From the IMG/VR virus record IMGVR_UViG_3300027710_000007, positions 1-15,693 of that record: DNA of 15,693 nucleotides, one strand, 5' to 3'. Below are positions 1 through 6,025 of the stretch, in pieces. The stretch comes from a virus. Under the pieces are notes generated by a model that was not told the DNA's origin, did not search any database, and saw only the letters and a list, made by a program, of their open reading frames with translations. The position numbers and the translations under genes are program-made. Each line of letters starts with the position of its first letter. Positions within the stretch are counted from its first letter, which is position 1.

Positions 1-127
1 CAGAGCATCGGTCTATGTCTGCCTCAGTAGGTTCTTTGTCTAGGTGACCATATCTTAATATGAGTAGCGGTAAGAGATCCTCAAGTCGGATTATCGCGGC
101 ATATTCACGCGCATCCTCACCCTGTCC
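1..127. repeat. Left copy of an exact 127-nt terminal duplication (circular-closure overlap or terminal redundancy)
   Basis: Positions 1-127 (cagagcatcggtctatgtctgcc...catcctcaccctgtcc) are identical to 15567-15693. The identity runs to both window edges. Confidence 0.95.
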
Positions 128-367
128 ATTGAGTCTAATCACTCCAAAGCCTAATTCCCCCGAAATGGCTGTTCGAGCTTTCAATTGCTTAATGTAGGCA
201 AGAGGTTGAAATCCAGCACGGGCTTTGACTTCAACATCGAACGGAACATTAACAATATCCTTACCGCTACCCCTTCCCACACATGCGCCCTGCCACCAAG
301 TCGATAGGTACTCAGCTACTACGCGCTCTGTGCGGAAACCTCTGTGTTTCCTGTGCTGACTAGGCAT
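1..367 (-). CDS. PD-(D/E)XK nuclease, Hjc-like Holliday-junction resolvase candidate: N-terminal part of a 159-aa ORF that wraps the circular junction and continues at 15566 down to 15454
   Basis: ATG at 367-365 overlaps the stop of the upstream micro-ORF by 8 nt. Hand translation: MPSQHRKHRGFRTERVVAEYLSTWWQGACVGRGSGKDIVNVPFDVEVKARAGFQPLAYIKQLKARTAISGELGFGVIRLNGQGEDAREYAAIIRLEDLLPLLILRYGHLDKEPTEADIDRCSG... It carries the E...D...E-x-K pattern (TERV, KDIV, EVK) typical of Hjc/RecB-fold nucleases. There are no stops through position 1. The frame is continuous with 15566-15454 (480 nt total). Confidence 0.65.
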   Translation of the reverse strand, partial: MPSQHRKHRGFRTERVVAEYLSTWWQGACVGRGSGKDIVNVPFDVEVKARAGFQPLAYIKQLKARTAISGELGFGVIRLNGQGEDAREYAAIIRLEDLLPLLILRYGHLDKEPTEADIDRCS

Positions 368-443
368 CAAGCATGAAGCCCATGACTAGACCTGCAATGA
401 ACATTGTAAGAATCATAGCCGTAAAAAGCTTCTCGTTATCCAT
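360..443 (-). CDS. Micro-ORF, 27-aa single-pass hydrophobic peptide (MDNEKLFTAMILTMFIAGLVMGFMLDA)
   Basis: Its ATG at 443-441 overlaps the stop of the upstream gene (ATGGATAA). Its stop overlaps the nuclease ATG. It fills an otherwise unexplained gap in a very compact genome. It is too short for homology-type support. Confidence 0.25.
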   Translation of the reverse strand: MDNEKLFTAMILTMFIAGLVMGFMLDA

Positions 444-639
444 TGACTGCCTTGCACTTCCTGCATTGCCATGTTCCTGCTGTTAGTACTCCATCTTTGA
501 TTACTGCTGGAATGATGATGTCATGAGCTTCTGTTGGCTCATTGCAGAGCTGACAGTTAATGACTGTGATCATAGGAATATCATCCAGATCAGTCCATTC
601 ACCATCTTTGTCTATGTTAAAAACCTCAATGTATCCCAT
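436..639 (-). CDS. Small zinc-ribbon protein (67 aa, CxxC...CxxC), function unknown
   Basis: This is the ORF-track entry 436..750. The preferred start is the internal ATG at 639-637, which forms a TAATG overlap with the stop of the upstream gene (641-639). Product: MGYIEVFNIDKDGEWTDLDDIPMITVINCQLCNEPTEAHDIIIPAVIKDGVLTAGTWQCRKCKAVNG, with two CxxC pairs. Confidence 0.6.
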   Translation of the reverse strand: MGYIEVFNIDKDGEWTDLDDIPMITVINCQLCNEPTEAHDIIIPAVIKDGVLTAGTWQCRKCKAVNG

Positions 640-1295
640 TACACTCTCGCCTTCTGTGGTTGAAACTTCCCATCTGATCCCAGGTTGTACCACTTGGTAG
701 GGCATCGATGTGCCGATGAGATTGCTGTATTGCAGAAGTAGCCACCCCACGCCTTGCCATTCTTTTCACCCTCACGCCATATCATGTGTCCATGCTCGCA
801 TGATGGCGCTTCTACTGCTTCGCCTGTTCCCATGATTGCGGCTACATTCTCCATAGCCTTCTCTAATGTGACTGGAGCATCGACTACGCCTCTATACTCA
901 TTAACAGGTGTAGTCCAATAGTCCTGATCATCTGGCTTAACATCTTGAACCGCTGGCTTTGCTACTTTTGTAGCAACAACCTTGCTCATTTCCTCGCGAC
1001 TAGGACGCTTCCCTTTAGCAGCGTAACCCGCATTCGCAAGTGCCCTACCAATCGCTGAAGTTTCGCAATTCTCCAGAGCGCTAGTCGAATTAACACCTCG
1101 CTCAGTAACAGTCTCCTCCGCGTACCCCGTGGAAAATGCAACATGATCGGCCATAGACTTAAATAAATAAGCCTTAACAATGTATTTGTTATTTGTAAAA
1201 CTTTCCAGCTCAGTAGAAATCCTGAAATCTGGATGATCCTTGATAAACTTTTCAAGCCTCACCTCCACTGTCTCATAATCGGCTAAATTAAACAT
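639..1295 (-). CDS. Putative ssDNA-binding/annealing protein (Rad52/Sak-like helix motif) with a C-terminal Cys/His-rich module
   Basis: 218-aa ORF. The segment GVNSTSALENCETSAIGRALANAGYAAKG resembles the conserved helix-plus-glycine signature of Rad52-like phage annealing proteins. The C-terminal CEHGHMIWREGEKNGKAWGGYFCNTAISSAHRCPTKW looks like a metal-binding knuckle. The family assignment is from memory of motifs and is not verified. Confidence 0.45.
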   Translation of the reverse strand: MFNLADYETVEVRLEKFIKDHPDFRISTELESFTNNKYIVKAYLFKSMADHVAFSTGYAEETVTERGVNSTSALENCETSAIGRALANAGYAAKGKRPSREEMSKVVATKVAKPAVQDVKPDDQDYWTTPVNEYRGVVDAPVTLEKAMENVAAIMGTGEAVEAPSCEHGHMIWREGEKNGKAWGGYFCNTAISSAHRCPTKWYNLGSDGKFQPQKARV

Positions 1296-1566
1296 AGAGA
1301 TCGTTCTCCTCGGTTGCTAGTTGTCCTGCGAGTGCGCCATAGCTGCATAAGTCGATCCAGTTATCGATGTGCTGGGCTGATTGATGAGTCCTCGCAAGTT
1401 TAACGAGCACCATGATCCCTGCGACTTGATAATCATGGATCGGTGTCTGGAGGTATGCACTGAGGAGCATTGCGGTGTGTTGCAAGTTATCCGCAGGGTG
1501 ACCATACGATAGCCCACGATCACGGATTGTGTCTGTGGCTGATAAGAGGATCTCATTAGCGCGCAT
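1288..1566 (-). CDS. DUF6378-like small all-helical phage protein
   Basis: 92-aa ORF. The pattern R..(x)YG.P..N....A.L.........D......VKLAR......H.DNWIDL..YGAL matches the phage family usually annotated DUF6378. It overlaps the downstream gene by 8 nt. Confidence 0.55.
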   Translation of the reverse strand: MRANEILLSATDTIRDRGLSYGHPADNLQHTAMLLSAYLQTPIHDYQVAGIMVLVKLARTHQSAQHIDNWIDLCSYGALAGQLATEENDLYV

Positions 1567-1705
1567 CTGTTGTCACTCGCTGAAATGACTTGGCTACAAT
1601 TAAGCCTTCGCGCTTGCCTTCGTTAAAGCCTTTAGCCCAGCCTACTAAATACCATAAAGCATTCGCTGCTAGAAGCAGCACGATCATTGGTGTCTCAAAG
1701 CTCAT
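1556..1705 (-). CDS. Micro-ORF, 49-aa single-pass membrane protein
   Basis: Hand translation from the ATG at 1705-1703: MSFETPMIVLLLAANALWYLVGWAKGFNEGKREGLIVAKSFQRVTTDAR, stop at 1558-1556. It overlaps the downstream start by 11 nt. It is the first ORF after the largest intergenic region. The RBS is weak (AGG about 10 nt upstream). Confidence 0.4.
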   Translation of the reverse strand: MSFETPMIVLLLAANALWYLVGWAKGFNEGKREGLIVAKSFQRVTTDAR

Positions 1706-1807
1706 TCTTTTGCCTATCTGCATCCAGTGCCCTTGACTGGCTTACAAACTTAGTGTGACAGAAGTGACCGACTAATCAAGTACATTCTGATAACGAAATG
1801 ATAACGA
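1706..1807 (-). promoter_or_regulatory. Largest non-coding region (102 nt): candidate promoter/operator for the non-structural operon
   Basis: It is the only intergenic gap over 70 nt in the genome. It contains the tandem TGATAACGA repeat and a GTGAC-N5-GTGAC pair (1754-1768). I could not place a convincing -35/-10 pair by eye. Confidence 0.35.
1788..1807. repeat. Tandem direct repeat TGATAACGA-AA-TGATAACGA (11-bp period), immediately after the metallophosphoesterase stop codon
   Basis: The two 9-mers at 1788-1796 and 1799-1807 are identical. On the coding strand they read TCGTTATCA-TT-TCGTTATCA. Confidence 0.8.
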
Positions 1808-2581
1808 TTATCTAGGTCTGCCGTAGGACTTTCCAGCCACAATGAATGTCCCGTCTTTTTCGATGTGGATAAGATCCACTTGAACCTTAGCCTTATTGAC
1901 ATAGATAATAGCGAAAGCCTGTTGCCAGTTAGCCACACCCTTGGTGTATGCAGCTTGCTTAAAGTCCATAAGATTGCCTACTTCGACACCATGTAGGACA
2001 CGCCCTATACGGCCTCCAGAGGCCTCTGAGAAGGCCGAACGCCCTGCTCTGTGAGTATGTCCTGAGATTACATTCTTGCCATGCCTACGAGCCGCTTCAA
2101 GGGCTGATAAGCCCCCCTGTGGCTTGATGGGTGTGTGGTCTCCATGTACTGCAATCCAGTTAGGTGCAATGGGCATAGGGTTTTTATGGAAGGTAATACC
2201 TAACTCATCGAACTTCATGAACTTCTCAAAACGCAGCTCTGGCAAAGCACCGAATGCAGGTACTTTAGCCATGATGATGTTATACAGGCGATCTGTGTGA
2301 TTGCTACGGATGCAGTCAGTCACGCCTAATTCCCAGAGAAGCTGCACAGCCTCATTACGATCATCATCTAGGGTCTGGGCATAACTGCCCATGCGCCCTT
2401 CTTCCCACTTGCTTATCTGAGGAAGGTCGATCTCATCACCAATGGTGACTACTTGATCTGGCTTAAACTTAGAAATAAAGCTTGCAAGGTTACGAGTAGC
2501 AACCCTGTCATGGTACGGAACCTGAAGATCCGAGACTACGACTATTCGCTTAATCGTCATCCTCATCTTCATAGTTGCCAT
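1808..2581 (-). CDS. Calcineurin-like metallophosphoesterase (phosphatase or Mre11/SbcD-like nuclease fold)
   Basis: 257-aa ORF with the ordered motifs VVSDLQVPYHD (DxH), IGDEID (GDxxD), SNHTD (GNHD/E-like), VHGDH and SGHTHR (GHxH). Alternative ATG starts lie at 2572, 2566 and 2560, and none has a clearly spaced RBS. It overlaps the upstream gene by up to 32 nt. Confidence 0.85.
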   Translation of the reverse strand: MATMKMRMTIKRIVVVSDLQVPYHDRVATRNLASFISKFKPDQVVTIGDEIDLPQISKWEEGRMGSYAQTLDDDRNEAVQLLWELGVTDCIRSNHTDRLYNIIMAKVPAFGALPELRFEKFMKFDELGITFHKNPMPIAPNWIAVHGDHTPIKPQGGLSALEAARRHGKNVISGHTHRAGRSAFSEASGGRIGRVLHGVEVGNLMDFKQAAYTKGVANWQQAFAIIYVNKAKVQVDLIHIEKDGTFIVAGKSYGRPR

Positions 2582-2774
2582 ATTTATCAGGCTCTACTTG
2601 GTCTGGAAGAATCCAATGAGGGTAAGCCTGTGGCTCTGTAATCATGAACATAGCAATATCTTCTGCGAAACCTGCTCGCTTCAATGAGCAAAAGTATTCA
2701 TAAAGCCCAATGCAATAAGCATCAAGCTTTGAGTAGCCTTGCTCCTCTAATGCCTTAGTTGCTTTTCTTGCCAT
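2550..2774 (-). CDS. Hypothetical protein (74 aa) with a strongly acidic C-terminal tail (YEDEDDD)
   Basis: ORF with AGGT about 12 nt upstream of the ATG. No motif recognised. Confidence 0.6.
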   Translation of the reverse strand: MARKATKALEEQGYSKLDAYCIGLYEYFCSLKRAGFAEDIAMFMITEPQAYPHWILPDQVEPDKYGNYEDEDDD

Positions 2775-2783
2775 GGCACAATG

Positions 2784-2933
2784 TTACCTGTCAAGTAATA
2801 TGTTGTAGATCTCATCCACTCGCGTGTTGAGTCTTTTAATCTCAGACAGTAGGTGTGTGATTACATAGCCAGACAAGCCACCGAGAGCTGCAATGGTAGC
2901 AAGGTAAAGCGTAAAAAAGTCGGACTGTGTCAC
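2784..2933 (-). CDS. Micro-ORF, 49-aa membrane protein with a TM segment plus amphipathic helix; lysis-cassette accessory candidate
   Basis: The GTG start at 2933-2931 overlaps the TGA stop of the holin-like gene (GTGA). Codon-by-codon translation: (M)TQSDFFTLYLATIAALGGLSGYVITHLLSEIKRLNTRVDEIYNILLDR, stop TAA at 2786-2784. Without it, 147 nt would be non-coding in a genome that is about 98% coding. Confidence 0.4.
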   Translation of the reverse strand: MTQSDFFTLYLATIAALGGLSGYVITHLLSEIKRLNTRVDEIYNILLDR

Positions 2934-3112
2934 TTCTTAATGCCCATAGACGGATCATTAGGTGAGAGATAACGCAGTACAGGTGGAAGGATTGAAGCAA
3001 TACCGGCAGCGATAAGTGCGTGAGGATCTGTGACCCCTGCTGCATACATTGAGATCGCTGCTACCAAAAAGGCTCTAGCCCATGAACCTGCTGCTGTCTT
3101 TAGTTCATTCAT
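2930..3112 (-). CDS. Holin-like protein, two predicted TM helices
   Basis: 60 aa: MNELKTAAGSWARAFLVAAISMYAAGVTDPHALIAAGIASILPPVLRYLSPNDPSMGIKK. It has two hydrophobic stretches. It has a TAATG overlap with the endolysin stop. Its position directly after the endolysin fits a holin. Confidence 0.55.
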   Translation of the reverse strand: MNELKTAAGSWARAFLVAAISMYAAGVTDPHALIAAGIASILPPVLRYLSPNDPSMGIKK

Positions 3113-3540
3113 TATTCTCCGCCTAACATAGATACTTGAAAAAAAGCACCATCATTGTCAGCTTCTTTCTTAAAGCTAACATGGCAGTGCTTAGAGTGTT
3201 TGTTAGCCCCTGTGTATTTGCGCCACTTCCAGTTAAGGATGCTGGAGCAGATTCGTCCATCGTAAATGATGTAACTAATACGCTTGTCTGCTTTTGACTT
3301 GGATAAGATACGAAGCTGATCGACAAGATCTCCCATGATGTCGGGCTTGCCCCCCTTGAATAAATCTTTGTCCACATCAATGGCACGAACCCAGCCCTGC
3401 TCATCTGGATTATGATCAGACTTGCGAGCAGCGTGTCTGGTATCACCGATCCAACCATCCGATGTGCGGTCACGATCTGGGAACGAATCATCGAACTGTT
3501 CGCGTAGCTGGATAGCCGCCTTAGATAGTTTCGGCTTCAT
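3112..3540 (-). CDS. Endolysin candidate: zinc-dependent cell-wall peptidase/amidase fold (LAS-like H...D...HxH)
   Basis: 142 aa. SDGWIGDTRHAARKSDHNPDEQGWVRAIDVD supplies His/Asp ligand candidates, and HSKHCHVSF is an HxH motif. It sits between the tail fibre and the holin-like genes. Confidence 0.55.
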   Translation of the reverse strand: MKPKLSKAAIQLREQFDDSFPDRDRTSDGWIGDTRHAARKSDHNPDEQGWVRAIDVDKDLFKGGKPDIMGDLVDQLRILSKSKADKRISYIIYDGRICSSILNWKWRKYTGANKHSKHCHVSFKKEADNDGAFFQVSMLGGE

Positions 3541-3652
3541 TGGCTAATTGCGCTTCGTAGTGTGCCTTGGTCATTGAGGTAAATTCCCCATTGCCACGAT
3601 CAATGATTGCGTGTTCTACGCCTTCAACTTCAATAAAAGTTACATTGTCCAT
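3521..3652 (-). CDS. Micro-ORF, 43-aa hypothetical protein
   Basis: ATG at 3652-3650 preceded by GGAG with a 7-nt spacer. Product: MDNVTFIEVEGVEHAIIDRGNGEFTSMTKAHYEAQLANEAETI, stop at 3523-3521. It overlaps the endolysin start by 20 nt. Confidence 0.45.
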   Translation of the reverse strand: MDNVTFIEVEGVEHAIIDRGNGEFTSMTKAHYEAQLANEAETI

Positions 3653-3653
3653 G

Positions 3654-4784
3654 TTATAGCTCCGCACTAAATCCGATGTAGCCTGCTGCTGATGATGTTT
3701 GTAAACTGTGCCATTGTCCTATTGTAAGTCCACTTGCAACAAATACGCTAACGCCTGAATTGTTGATTGTTCCCAATGTAGGATTATTTGTAATGCTAGT
3801 TACTGCAAATGTAGAAGTTCCAGCATTGACAACATTCAGCGCAGAAAAATCAACACTCGTTGGAGTTGTGCGCATTGGCACAGGGTTATTTACATTGCCG
3901 TAAGAGTCTGTGCCTGATGTTGCACCAAGCAGCGCGCTGATGCGGCTTCCTGATGTTCCAGGGGTTACTCTCCAGTAGTACCTTTGGCACATAGCCAATT
4001 CAGCCTGTGGAGATCCACCGCTTGCAGTTTGGAATGGAGTTGCCTTTGAGCCGTATTCAAGTTGAACACCCCAGATGTCAAAAGTGTTTGACTGAATACC
4101 GACTGAACCAGTACGAGCATTAAAGTCAGTACCAGCAGATATCCAGAAAGTTGCATTAACTTGCCCCGGGGTAGTTGTACCGATTGTCTTGCCTGAAATG
4201 GAAGGCACTGCAACACTTACAGAGTAACGCGCCCATGAAGTCGTAATTGTTGGAGTTCCTGCAAGAGTATTAACCTGAGCAGAAGGTGAACCACCTGTAC
4301 CAAAGTTCTGCGCTAGTTCGACACCAATCTTAGGCGTTCCACTTGCTGCCTTCGCCCAAAAGGAAACAGTTACAGTCTGACCTGCGAAGGTGCGAACATT
4401 CTCAATGCGCTGTGAAACAGTCGTGAAGGCTGTTGCTAGTGTCTGACCTGTTGTAACTGTGCGGCAGTAGTTAGCAGCTTCATAGCCTGCAACTGGAGCA
4501 GTTCCCGCTGTGAAAGTCTGCGCTGAGTGTGTCGATGTGCCGTCTGAGTAGGTAAAGACAAAGCGATCGAAGCCATAAGTGTTTGATGTTGTTGTTGATG
4601 TAAAGGCTCTTTGATTGATTGAGAAGTCACCATTGATAATCTTATTCTTACCAGCTTGACCAAAGCCTACATTCCAGACAGATGTGTCAATAGAATCGCC
4701 AAGAGTGCGAATGTCTGCCGCGCCATTTTTAACAAGGCTTGAGTTATCTGGCTCTGACCAGCCATAGTTCGGTGATAGTGCCAT
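3654..4784 (-). CDS. Tail fibre / receptor-binding protein
   Basis: 376 aa, rich in Ser/Thr/Gly. The N-terminal LSPNYGWSEPDNSSLVKNGAADIRTLGDSID resembles the conserved N-termini of actinophage minor tail/fibre proteins. KNKIINGDFSINQRAF is a common entry into beta-sandwich fibre domains. It is the last structural gene before the lysis genes. Confidence 0.65.
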   Translation of the reverse strand: MALSPNYGWSEPDNSSLVKNGAADIRTLGDSIDTSVWNVGFGQAGKNKIINGDFSINQRAFTSTTTSNTYGFDRFVFTYSDGTSTHSAQTFTAGTAPVAGYEAANYCRTVTTGQTLATAFTTVSQRIENVRTFAGQTVTVSFWAKAASGTPKIGVELAQNFGTGGSPSAQVNTLAGTPTITTSWARYSVSVAVPSISGKTIGTTTPGQVNATFWISAGTDFNARTGSVGIQSNTFDIWGVQLEYGSKATPFQTASGGSPQAELAMCQRYYWRVTPGTSGSRISALLGATSGTDSYGNVNNPVPMRTTPTSVDFSALNVVNAGTSTFAVTSITNNPTLGTINNSGVSVFVASGLTIGQWHSLQTSSAAGYIGFSAEL

Positions 4785-6025
4785 TAGGTTAGTGCTCCGA
4801 TCGCGTTAGTCCAAGTAAGTGTACCATTTACGCCTGTCCACTGAAGTGAGAAAGGCAATACTGTTTCCCACTGTGTCGTACTCAGTGAGAAGTCTGTCGC
4901 TGAAACATAAAGAGTGATCTCTGTAAAACTAGGAGTAGCCCGTAACGCGACATTCTCAACAAACCCATCAAATTGACCATCTAGCAAGTTGCTTGGCAGG
5001 TTTGTGATTAGCACAGGCTGACCAAAAAAGACACCAATGAGAGCGTTACGCATGGCATCTGGCATGTCTGGGTTATCTAAGCGGAAAGTAATTGCCCCCA
5101 ATGAGGTGCGTGGATTCTTACGCAGTAAAAGCTCTCTAGTGCCGATCTGAGTGATGTCTGTAAGAGTCTTAATGTTAGAGTCAAATGAACGCTCAAACAG
5201 CCCGTAAGAGGCTACGGAGTCGGTGTCTGAGGTGCTGTAGGTGCTGGCGTATCCTGTGCCGTAGCGATAGATAAGGCTGTTACGAATGCGAGCAGTCTGA
5301 GTTGTGGATGTGATGGATGTAGGTGTGGCATACGCGCCATCAAGGTTAGTAAAGCCATTTGCTGCGAGATAGTTAGATCTGTGGTCTGCATCGTCATAGG
5401 AAACATCTCCATCTTTTTCTTCAAAGAGCTGACCCAGTGCGCTTGAAGCAATCTGGTCTGCAAGGGTCTGCGACTTGGCAGAAGCGTTAGCAGCTAAAGC
5501 AATCATTGTGTAGAAGCCCGAGTCAATCGTGCCAATGTAGGACTCAGCATCGAGCCATGTTTGAGTTGTTGGGTAAGTGTCCCAAGTAACTGTGGGGATA
5601 ACTTCAGCCCATGAATACTCTAAAGCTGATCCTAGAATGGCTGCAATCTGTGCGCCATCTAAGCCTTCTGCAAGGGCTGTGTTATAGACAGCCTTTGTCA
5701 GTTTAGCCAATGAGCCAATGCCTAGAATTGTGCCAGTCGTGATGTAGCCAGATTCCTCTGGGCTTCTGACTCCGATGTTGAAGTCTGATACTTCTCCACC
5801 AAATACAGTGACATAAGTGCCTGCTGAGTTCTTGAGCTCTAAAAGGATTGGCTCTGTGACATTGATGGTAAAGGGTGAATTGTCTGCATTGACGATAGTT
5901 ACTTGGCAGTAACCTGCTGTAGGTTGGCGATCAATGTCTAAGCGACCAGAAGCATAGGAAACAGAGGTGACAGTCGTATAGACATCATCACCGACTGTTA
6001 CGCGCCATTCTGGAAGCCATGTCAC
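4784..6025 (-). CDS. Minor tail protein (distal tail / baseplate hub candidate)
   Basis: 413-aa ORF immediately downstream of the tape measure (ATGA overlap) and upstream of the fibre (TAATG overlap). The call is mainly positional. Confidence 0.55.
   Translation of the reverse strand: MTWLPEWRVTVGDDVYTTVTSVSYASGRLDIDRQPTAGYCQVTIVNADNSPFTINVTEPILLELKNSAGTYVTVFGGEVSDFNIGVRSPEESGYITTGTILGIGSLAKLTKAVYNTALAEGLDGAQIAAILGSALEYSWAEVIPTVTWDTYPTTQTWLDAESYIGTIDSGFYTMIALAANASAKSQTLADQIASSALGQLFEEKDGDVSYDDADHRSNYLAANGFTNLDGAYATPTSITSTTQTARIRNSLIYRYGTGYASTYSTSDTDSVASYGLFERSFDSNIKTLTDITQIGTRELLLRKNPRTSLGAITFRLDNPDMPDAMRNALIGVFFGQPVLITNLPSNLLDGQFDGFVENVALRATPSFTEITLYVSATDFSLSTTQWETVLPFSLQWTGVNGTLTWTNAIGALT

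Noticed and set aside
1-127. The 127-nt end repeat read as the boundaries of a mobile element (LTR/att/IS ends).
   Set aside because: The repeat is direct, lies inside a coding sequence that reads through the join, and coincides exactly with the window edges. There is no integrase or transposase. Closure overlap of a circular or terminally redundant phage contig is the simpler explanation.
640-750. The N-terminal extension of ORF 436-750 (first 37 codons), and likewise the ATG at 15574 for the FmdB-like ORF.
   Set aside because: For the first ORF the extension would overlap the upstream gene by 112 nt, whereas the internal ATG at 639 gives a classic TAATG coupling. For the FmdB-like gene, the TTG at 15532 has a well-spaced AAGGAAG RBS and yields the family-typical MP.Y.Y.C N-terminus.
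3368-3376. Actinobacterial-type DnaA boxes TTGTCCACA at 3368-3376 and 14369-14377 on the plus strand, and one-mismatch boxes at 1487-1495 and 9999-10007.
   Set aside because: Both perfect copies lie deep in coding sequence. Both arise from the same codon string GTG GAC AA (Val-Asp-Lys) on the coding strand. They are isolated rather than clustered. I note them for completeness but do not treat them as origin evidence.
3654-4784. The Ser/Thr/Gly-rich tail fibre as the target of a diversity-generating retroelement or other hypervariation system.
   Set aside because: The genome has no reverse transcriptase. I found no template/variable repeat pair or cognate duplicated segment by eye.
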